A stretch of 64,000 nt of DNA from Octopus vulgaris. Its lineage: Eukaryota. A model generated the notes under the pieces. That model did not search any database, was not told where the DNA came from, and saw nothing but the letters and a program-made list of their open reading frames with translations. Below, piece by piece: positions 54,371 through 64,000 of this stretch. Position numbers and translations under genes: made by a program. The stretch is taken from the NCBI GenBank assembly GCA_951406725.2, contig OX597831.1:52948001-53012000 (forward strand), given 5' to 3'. Position 1 is the first letter of the stretch; each line of letters begins with the position of its first letter.

Positions 54371-55269
54371 TAGGACTATTTTAGTGATTAGATTTTAGGT
54401 AAAATAAAGGTATAACACTTGCCAACTATATATAATTTTCATAGGTAACTAATGGTTTCTGATCTTCCATAATTCCTTTGTATTCAAAGCAAGAGAATTG
54501 CAGCAAAGCTGTGTGATGGTGGTTAACAGATGTGGTATGCAGACCACCATATAACTTGTTTGACATTGTTTTTAAGTTCTCAAAGTCATTGAGGCTAAAA
54601 CAGTTATGGAGTATAAAAGTGTGTGTGTGTTTACTTAAGAAATTTAATGTGTTTTATAGGGAATAGAAATTTAAAATTAAAAATTCCTTATGTTTCCTTA
54701 TTATTAATTTACATTAAAGCATTTTTGTTTTTTCATGGTGGTTAGGGAAAGAATTAAAATTGGACATGATGGAGGCTTGTAAAGAGATAATTATATTTCA
54801 GCAACAAAATTTATTTGATAAAGAAGTCAATAAATACTCTCACAAAGACTAGTTTTTAATTATGAAAAACGGCTGCAAAAATATCAAATTTGAATGTCAA
54901 CATTAGTACTCTATTATTGATTCTAGACTTTAATTGTTGTAACCAACCAGCCTATTTAATTTCTGTGTGAGTTTTTGTTATATATGAAAAAGGAGGTAAT
55001 TAAAATGGATTTTCATGTATTGTGTAAGCTTAATCTTTTTGATTTTCTATGATTAGGACATCCTTTGAGCAGGAATCAGTTTAGTATATCAATGTTAAAA
55101 TTGAGAAATTAAACTTCAGTCCTTTGTAAACTGTGGCAGTGTTGTGTTGTGAATGTTTGAATTAGCTGACATAGTGTATTGGTGTTACTTGTCTCATGGT
55201 CAAACATGAAGACCATGATGGTTTGGACAGGAGGAGGAGTCAGAAATTTAACCGAGAAGAAAATTGTTT

Positions 55270-55890
55270 TAATGTCCACTTTTTTTGTGCTCACATGGGT
55301 CAGATGGAATTTGTTGAGGGTGATTTTTTTTTTTTTTTTAATGGCTTGATGCTATTCCTATTGCCAAACTTCACCTGCTTCCAAGCAAGGTAATATTTTC
55401 CCATGACCAGGCCTGTTTCCATAAAAGATTGGAAACAAAGGACACTGCTTTCATAATTCTTTTTATTCTTTTCCTTGTTTCTGTCATTTGACTGTGGCCA
55501 TGCTGGAGCACCACCTTGAGGGCTTTAGTTGAACAAATTGACTCCAGAACTTATTTTTTTGTTTTTGAAGCATAGTACTCATTCTGTCAGTCTCTTTTGC
55601 TGAACTGCTAAGTTACAGGGATGTAAACACACCAACACCAGTTGTCAAGCAATGATGAGAGAGATACACTTGTATGACAGTGATGCTTGTTTACAATTAT
55701 GATGTCAACGCAAGGGTGCACACATATGCATGCATGCACACACACATACAAAAAGCTTTTTCCAGCTTCCACTTACCAAATCCACTTACATGGCTCTGGT
55801 TGACTGAGGGCTATAGTGAAAGACATTGGTTTAGGACTGAACCCAAGACCTTGTGATTGGGAAGCAAACTTCTTACTACACAGCCATGTC
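55270..55890 (-). mobile_element. SINE (head A + tail B) with a tail-A SINE half nested at ~55460-55660
   Basis: Tail B sequence is interrupted at gacactgctt and resumes at cacttgtatgacagtgatgc after the tail-A block. Confidence 0.65.
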
Positions 55891-57304
55891 TTTACCTATA
55901 ATGTAAAATTTATAGTCTTCCTGTTTATAGAAGCATGATTTTGTAAAAATCAATGACTATAAAGATTTGTTGTAGTGTTTGGTTATTCTGTAAATAGCTT
56001 GCTTAATTTCTGTTCTGAGATATACCAACTAAAAATGCAGAATAAGTCTCAGTGGTGTCACATATGCAGAACACAATTGTTAGTGTGGGCCTTTCATTTT
56101 GATTTTATTTTATTTCATTTGCTGCTATTGGTTAGTTTATTCCCGCAGCAAATAAGTAGCTGATGGAACACAAGGAAACTAATGTAGCTCATTTAGGAGT
56201 TATTTTTCAAAGAAAGCTGTATGTTATTTGCTTGACTTCATCCACTTGATGCTAACCCATCTAACCCAAATGACTGGTTTAAATGTTAAGGGTTATTAAT
56301 GATAGAATAATTTTACTAAATTCTTCAATAATATAAAAGTTAATTGAAGTAAAGGTAGTGTATTTCAACAGAAGCATGTAAATAAAATTGGCATCAATGG
56401 TTTTATTTCTGAAACATATCCTTGATCTGAGCTAAAATTCGATATCATAATGTCCTTAATGACATAAGACATAATGACTAATTTTGATGCATACTAAATG
56501 AATAATGATTACCCTAAGCACTGATAGGATGGTCTCTTTAGTTAATTTGAAGTAAAAATTATGCTATGCTGGTATGGAAGCTTGTCATATAATGTATAAA
56601 TAAATATGATCTGGGGATCTGAGTATAGAAAGTTTGTAAGCTTCAAGCAGTAAACAGCTGGTAAAGAGAACAAAAGGTGGACAGTATATGATAAAATACA
56701 ATAACAATTTATTGGCATCAAGAGTGACACACTTTTTCTCATATTGAAGTTGTGAAGAAATTTGATAAGCTGATAGTTTCGATATAGTTCACTGTTGGTA
56801 ACTAAGGCTGCTTAAAATGTGAATAAAAATCCAAATTTGAAGGATTGGAGCAGGTAAAATGTACGCTACATACGTTTCTTAACTAGCTGAATCTCATAAT
56901 GCAATTGTTATGCAATGAACTCTACTCAACGTAGCTAATCATCAAGGCTGAGATTACCTGAATGAAGATTATATTGTTGCATGGAATTTCTAAGTGGAGA
57001 ACACTCAGTATAACTAATATAGGAGTCATGTATTTTTATGGATCTTTATCACCATCAGTGTGTTCACCATGTATGCCTGCTTTATTGTTAGATAAACAGG
57101 TGTATGATTCTGAAAATGTAGTCTGAACTCCGTCGCTTACAGTACCTTTGAATGAATTTGAAACTATTAATATGGATTGAATGTGTTTTATGTTTGTAAA
57201 AAATAGAGAGAGAGAGTTGGAGCCAATGCAATATTTTGACTTGCCAGTTCCTGTTGAACAACCTAGCCCATGCCAGCATGAAAAATGGACATTAAACAAT
57301 GTTG

Positions 57305-57343
<39 letters not shown>

Positions 57344-57860
57344 GCATGGAAGATATCTATTTTTATGTCTCGATATATATATATGTATATCGAGAGAGAC
57401 ATAAATATAGATATCTTCCATCCTTTACACATTTAGAAAATTGTATAATATAACCACTAATTCCTGGATGCAATCTGTTACTCTCCTTCAGGTAATCTTA
57501 GCTATTTTAAAAATTAAAATCATGATTTTATGTGCATGCATGTGAAAGAATTATTTTTATAAATAATAGATATGTTTGAGACAACATTTTAATGTTTGGT
57601 CACTACTTTTGCCCCCCCCCCATCTCTCAATTTTTAAAATTTGTTTTCTTCCTCTAAATTTATATTGTCAATATCCTTGCTTACGTCTGTCTTCACCCTT
57701 CTTTCCCATGTTTTGTTTTCCATTGTTCTCAACTTTCTTACTAACAACTGCTTGTTCTCTTCTACTTTGTGTGTGTGTCAAGTCATTGGATCTTGTTTTC
57801 CCCCGTGGCTCTGAAAATTCTGGTTCCTGTTCAGAAAAAAAAAATTGTTTTTTCATTATT

Positions 57861-58071
57861 CTTTTTACTCTTTTACTTGTTTCAGTCATTTGACTGCGGC
57901 CTTACTGGAGCACCACCTTTAATTGAGCAACTCGACCCCCGGGACTTATTCTTTTGTAAGCCCAGTACTTATTCTATCGGTCTCTTTTGCCGAACCACTA
58001 AGTAATGGGGACATAAACACACCAGCATTGGTTGTCAAGCAATGCTAGGGGGACAAACACACACACGCATA

Positions 58072-58117
<46 letters not shown>

Positions 58118-58384
58118 CTTTATTTTAAGCAGCAGAAAATTCAACAAAATCTGTTACTCTGAGTTTCTCGTTGCCGTTCATCAGACAGTTTTTGCTAGAT
58201 ATATATATATACACACATACACATACATACATATGACAGGCTTCTTTCAGTTTCCGTCTACCAAATCCACTCACAAGGCTTTGGTCGGCCCGAGGCTATA
58301 GTAGAAGACACTTGCCCAAGGTGCCACGCAGTGGGACTGAACCCAGAACCATGTGGTTGGTAAACAAGCTACCTACCACACAGC
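57861..58384 (-). mobile_element. SINE family A young copy carrying an ~85 bp insertion in its microsatellite
   Basis: Near-identical to 28345-28757 apart from the insert at 58117-58200. Confidence 0.85.
58146..58193 (-). ncRNA. Minimal type I hammerhead ribozyme motif
   Basis: Minus strand: AAAAACUGU-CUGAUGA-ACG(GCAA)CGA-GAAA-CUC(A)GAG-UA|ACAGAUUUU. Confidence 0.7.
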
Positions 58385-58799
58385 AAATACTAATTTTAGT
58401 CATTCAGGTTCCAACTTTCAGCATCACTTACACAGTCCCTTTCATTTCCATATTTTAATTCTTGCATCTGAAGTTATAGGATCATTGTTTTTTGTTGACA
58501 CAGAACACGACTACTTCCCTCAGATGCTACTGCTTTACTGTTTGGTGTGGATTCCTTAACTGTTTCTGTCACTCTTGCATTTAATTACAAACACATGTAT
58601 ATTGGATTACAAACACATGTAGCATATTGGATTACTTTTAACCATGATAACTGTAAATAAGCCATAAAGTGCAAGCAAGGGTAATAGTTTCAAAAAGGGA
58701 GAAGTAAAAGGATTATGGCTTGATGTTGTTTTACAAAGTTTGCTGCTGGAGAAAATCTCAGCTGTTACAAATACACTTAAGTTACAATGGGAACAACTA

Positions 58800-59120
58800 C
58801 TTGACAATGAAAATAAAATTAGGTCAAGTGCTCAACTTGAACTGTTGGAAATCTTCCTCACATAAAACTGATATGATGTTTCGCATAGAATGGTTCTGAG
58901 TCTGTGAATTAATAATCAGAATGCATGTAATTGTGCCAATAAATCCAACTGTTGTTTATGCAAAAATTAAAATCTGGTGTGACAGTTTGCAGAAAGAGGA
59001 ACTGAAGCAATTTCTGATATAAAACATTTTCTGGCTAGTAGATGCTGATATATAAGATTTAAGAGACACCTTATTTTCTATAACATGAAAATGAGCTGTG
59101 AAACTGCCAGTGCTGATATA
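58800..59120 (+). mobile_element. Tigger/pogo transposase remnant (CENP-B HTH region)
   Basis: MVLSL*INNQN and HFLASRC*YIRFKRHLIFYNMKMSCETASAD match the Tigger LSLWI.DQ and F.AS.GWF.RFK.R...N.K..GE.ASAD motifs. Confidence 0.7.
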
Positions 59121-60677
59121 GTCTATTAATTGTTATCTTGGTGGAACTGAGAAAACAAATACACTAAGAAGGCTACTTGTTGAAGGAAATGCTAAACCTC
59201 TATAGTTGGGAAGTGGCTTCTTAACCACAATGCCATTCTTATGCATGCGCTCCCCCCCCATTATTATTTCAATGTCCACTTTCCCATGCTTGCATGGGTC
59301 AGACAGTTTATCGAGGTAGATTGTCTATGACCTTGCCTTTCACCAACTCTCACCTGTTTCCAAGTAAATTAATATTCCCCCATGGCCAGATATGCTTTTC
59401 ATTGAAGACTGGAAACAAACAACATTGCTTGTATGATGGTGATGCTCATTTACAATCATCATGACAACACACACATGACAGGTTTTTATATATTATAATT
59501 CTGCTTTGCCATAGCAGTATAATTAATAACCAGTTGTTAGAGCTTAGTATACTTATAATACTCAATGTTACTAATCTTAGGCACTGAGGAGGTATAAATT
59601 CACTGACAATTTCTGCTCTGGACTTTTATATGGCCCAGAATTTAATATTAATTATTGTGTGTATTGTTTGTTGTTGAGTTGTGCTCCCCCTCCCATATAT
59701 ACGGGGGTGGGTGGGTGGCATTTATCAGCAATTTGGTAAATCAAGTACTGAGCTCAATATGATTGACTAAACTCTTGGAAGACATGCAGGAGTATGCCCA
59801 CAATTGACTAATAATAGAAACCAGTATAAGAATATAGAACCACTTTATATTAAATTACATTGCCTTATTGCTGTTTAGCACAACACCGGACTTGCTCCAA
59901 GAGACAGATGCATCCTTTCAATTTGCTTTTTTCCATTTACCTATCTAGGATCATACTATCTAATGTTCTTCCTTCCTTATGTTGATAGGGTATAATTTTA
60001 GAGATAGTTACCTGCTGTTTCTAGCAAACTGAGCAACCATATTGAAGCTCATATGGCTTTTCTTGGTTGTGGTCATCTTTAGTGAATCCAGTCTGTTGGT
60101 AATCTGTTGCAACCTTGAACAAATATTTCTTCATTTTAATCAGGATAAAGACATGAAAGCTCATTGATCATCATCAGATTAAAGTAATCTTTTTAGTCTG
60201 ACTATGTTTATTTGAGTCTTAAATCAGAGAACAATGGGGGAGGAGCCCCCCTCCCCTCCCAGAAAACTATTTAATTGGTGTGTGTTAAATATGAAATGAT
60301 TTCAATGGCTTACATTTTTAGATTTAATGTTTGGCGTTAGTAATTCTAATTTTGTTAAATTTGATAAATATGTTGTGACTTGCATAACTTAACATTTTCC
60401 AGAGGAATTTTTTTATGGTTGTCGTCTTTTATTATTTCTTCTACACTTCTGAATTGACATTTGAAATCCAATTGATGTACGGATTTGTTAGTTTCAAAGA
60501 TTATTCTATATATTCTTCTCAATGGGCTTGTGTCTTATTGGGACTACTTGACATGCTGGATATATAGGAGATCCACAATATCCCCATCAATGCAGATTTA
60601 GCTACTGTTTCTGCTACTGTGATCCGTTTCTTAGTGGCATAGCTTCAGTTTTTCCATTTCAAGCTGCTGTGATATAA

Positions 60678-61050
60678 GCATGGCTGTGTGGTTAAAAAGC
60701 TCAATTCCCAGTCATGTGGCCTCAGGTTCAATCCCACTGTGTTGAACCTTGAGCAAGTGTTTCCTACTATAGCCCCGGGACAATAAAAGCTTTAAGTGAA
60801 TTTGGTAGATGGTAATTGAAAAAGAAACCTGTTGTATATATGTGTTTGTATGAGTGTGCATCTGTTTCTGTGTAATCCTTGTTGTAGATGAATGATTTCC
60901 TGTGTTCTATGAAAAACGTGTCCGGCTATGGAAAAACTTACTTTGCTTGGAAACAGGTGAGGGTTGTTGACAGGAAGAACATCTACTTGTAGAAAATCTA
61001 CCAATTCTGTCTGACCCATGTGAGTATAGAAAAGGGGATGTTAAATGATG
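60678..61050 (+). mobile_element. SINE, head A + tail B
   Basis: Same architecture as 53948-54370. Its tail is inverted relative to 59265-59480. Confidence 0.75.
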
Positions 61051-61252
61051 AGTGAGTGAATGACTGAAGCTTAGCTTGACCCTTCAGTATTCACATTCTG
61101 TCAAGTAGTGATTATTTATTCTCATTGTTTTGTACTAATCATACATTATGTTGAATCTTTGAGATTTTGAAGAGGTAACTGTTAATTATGAGAATTATAT
61201 TGTAGGGTTGGTGTGAGAGGCCAGTTCTGGCCAGTTTGATAATAAAATGAGT

Positions 61253-61628
61253 TGTGGCTGTGTGGTAAGAAGCTTGCTTCCCAACCACATGGTTCCAGGT
61301 TCAGTCCCACTGTGTGGCATCTTGGGCAAGTGCTTTCTATTATATATTTGGGCCGACCAAAACCTTGTGAGTGGATTTGGTTGACGGAAACTGAAAGAAG
61401 CCGGCTGTGTGTGTGTTTGTTCTCCCTTCACCTCACATCGCCACTCAACAATCGGCGTTGGTGTGTTTACGTCCCCGCAACAAGTTCGGCAAAAGAGACT
61501 GATATGATAAGTGCTAGGCTTTAAAAATATATCTCCTGGGCTTGATTTTTTCAACTAAAACTCTTCAAGGTGGTGCTCCAGCATGACTGCAGTCAAATGA
61601 TTGAAACAAGTAAAAGAATAAAAGAATA
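61253..61628 (+). mobile_element. SINE family A (head A + tail A) nested in a P1 MITE (61076-61662)
   Basis: Full head-to-tail match to 28345-28757. P1 sequence lies on both sides. Confidence 0.8.
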
Positions 61629-62673
61629 TTTTGGCTGGATATAGCTAATGCCAAGGAGTTAAGCAACCACTCTTATAATTACACACAATTTCTTGCTCAC
61701 ACATGAATGTACACAGTTTCATACACAAACATGTTCTCTCTACTTTCTGCTATTCCTTTTCTCTTTATTATCACACATGCATGTTTTCCCTGAGTCTCTA
61801 AAAATTTGGTAACAAATTGTTCTTATGACAAATGTCACACACAAAACAAGTGAAGCGTGCATATTCTTTTAATTTAATTTTATATTAATTTGAACTTTAT
61901 TTTCAAAACCAGTCTAGTGTGTATTTTATTTTAAGCAGAGAGATCTGTGTAAGCTCTTACCACATAGCTACATATTGGAAAATATCTGGAATATGTTAAT
62001 CAAAATCAAATCAGTTGAAATAATGATGATGACCTTTATGTAGTTTTATAAAAAAGTTTCATAAAAAATAAATTGCATTTACTTAATAAGCAAAATATTT
62101 TAAGACATTCTGTGTGTGTGTCTACTGCCACTAATACCTTTTCTTATCTTATTAGTAAAGTTGGTTCATATTAAAGGTTACTTCATTGTTAATTTGCTAT
62201 ATGGTTGATGAATTGGTAGAATTGAGGTTAATGGTCCAGCACTTTATACATTTTTAGTTCAGATCCCATTGAGGACAGCTATACTTTTCAGTTTTCTGAG
62301 GTTGATAACATAGTAGTCAAGTACTGGACTCACTTGACTAAGTTCCTCCTCCAGAGTTTGTTTCCTTATGTTAAGAATAATTAACTTGCTATTTTACTGA
62401 AACTTGCATGTAGCAATTAATACAGTTTCACAATAAGTTTTTATTTTCTTTCTCTTTCCTTTTCCACTTTTGATCTTCAGTAATGGCCAGTTTAGCTCCT
62501 GTTTTTATCACACCAACACATCTCCAAAACAACTTTTCTCTTTCTATTTTCTGCTTTGTGTTTTATCATTTGTAAGGCCTAGTTCTCTTAAGAGTTGCTT
62601 TTCCCCTAGGTCCAACAAAATACTGGCAAAATTGAGCAAGCAGCCTTTGAAGTTAATTTGGATAATAATAATA

Positions 62674-63240
62674 TTTTCTTTGTTGGCCACATGAGCCTAC
62701 ATAAAACATACAGGGGCAAAAATACAAAGGCACAAACAGAGGGGTTTACTTAGTAAACATAAAACAATAACAAAAATTAACAATAAAATTAAACAAATAC
62801 AATTCTCCAATAGGGGGAAGACTATTAAGACATGATTAATACAAAACATGCAAACCTCACAGAAAATTACGGTTTCCCTGCCCACTCAGGCAAATGTTTC
62901 CTCTTTCTTTTACTCCACTCAGAAGCGCATTCTCAGAGCAGGCCTGTTCACATGAACCATGCTCGCCACTCTTGTCCACCTTTCAATAAATTTGCTAGAA
63001 GCAGGCACCTCCCTCTCCACTCTGATCCACCTCTTCAAGTGGAACCTGAAAAAGTCGATCAGAGATTTGCCAGAGAGGGAAATCTCTATCTTCAGCCCTT
63101 TCAGTCTTGTCCACCATACAACCGCGTTTGCCATGGCTACCAGGTAGATGAAAACTGCCTGGCCTTCCCTACCAAAGGAAGAGGGCAGAGCAATCTTAAC
63201 AATAGACTCTGTTAATAGCCAGATCCGTGTGACACGCGAC
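62674..63240 (-). mobile_element. 5'-truncated Tx1/L1-clade LINE with 16 bp TSD
   Basis: C-terminus FIYLVAMANAVVWWTR...FFRFHLKRWIRVERE...FIERW is Tx1 ORF2-like. TSD ttggataataataata at 62658-62673 and 63241-63256. Confidence 0.7.
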
Positions 63241-64000
63241 TTGGATAATAATAATAATAATAATTGTTTCAAATTTTGGCACAAGGTCGGCAATTTTAGG
63301 AAAGGGAAATAGCCGATTATATTGACCCTGGTGTTCAACTGGTACTTATTTTATTACCTGAAAAGATGAAACAAAGTTGACCTTACGGAATTTGATCTCA
63401 GAATGATAAGAGCTGGAGCTTTTAAGCATTTTGTCTGACATACTAACAATTCTGCAGCAGCAATAATAATAATAATAGTAATTATTATTATTAATTCAAA
63501 ACAACAACAACAACAACAATAATATAAACAAGTTGTAATTTAGTGATAATAGATCTGATGTATGATGATATTGTATAGAATACAAGATTTGTTAATGTCT
63601 TTATTTTTTTCCCTTACACATGTATAAACCCTTCATTATGGTAGTTAAAGATGAATAATAAAGATGTAGCGATATAGTTTTAGATTTCAGATTGTATTCA
63701 TGTATTTTTGTGTCTTGCATGTCTTTGCAATGACACTGCTTTGGTTGTAAGTATATTACATCTCCTGTAAACAATAAGCTTGGAAGCTTGATACACATAG
63801 ACATGGAATAAAAACCCATATAAAGTAGTACCCTGGTAAACAGCCATAGAACACTGCCATACAGAGTCTTGTCCAGCCTATGTTAGTATGCAAAAATACA
63901 ATAAAAATGATGATAATCTTCTATTTCTTTCTATGTGTATATTGTATATTCTAACTTTGATTTAATTGATAGTAAATTTGAATGTTCATTTTTTTTCCAT

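Noticed and set aside
61253-61330. tRNA gene candidates at SINE heads
   Set aside because: A/B-box-like motifs only; no complete cloverleaf, and they continue into SINE bodies.

Overview
AT-rich, microsatellite- and transposon-dense eukaryotic DNA. The SINE families, (TA)n/(CA)n load and RTE/Penelope content look like an octopod cephalopod (Octopus-like) genome; this is an inference. Two host genes are supported, arranged head to head. (1) A complete two-coding-exon minus-strand gene (8482-7729 + 2370-2018, 368 aa) encodes a Myb/SANT-like DNA-binding (MSANTD3-type, Harbinger-related) protein. (2) The first coding exon (19913-20045) of a probable CARM1/PRMT4 gene lies behind a CpG-rich promoter, and its first intron appears to fill the remaining 44 kb. 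Almost all other listed ORFs are artefacts of microsatellites or decayed elements. Mobile DNA seen: RTE, CR1, Tx1/L1 and Penelope-like (RT + GIY-YIG) retroelements, at least three SINE families with swapped tails, a Helitron and a RepHel fragment, Tigger fragments, and hAT-, piggyBac- and Merlin-like MITEs. The most unusual signal is a set of minimal type I hammerhead ribozyme motifs from unrelated short non-coding elements. Three are near-intact (14241-14352 -, 42915-42967 +, 58146-58193 -) and two are decayed relics. Each lies in or beside a (TA)n tract, next to microsatellite-flanked Penelope-like elements. This suggests a retrozyme/Penelope-type mobile ribozyme system.
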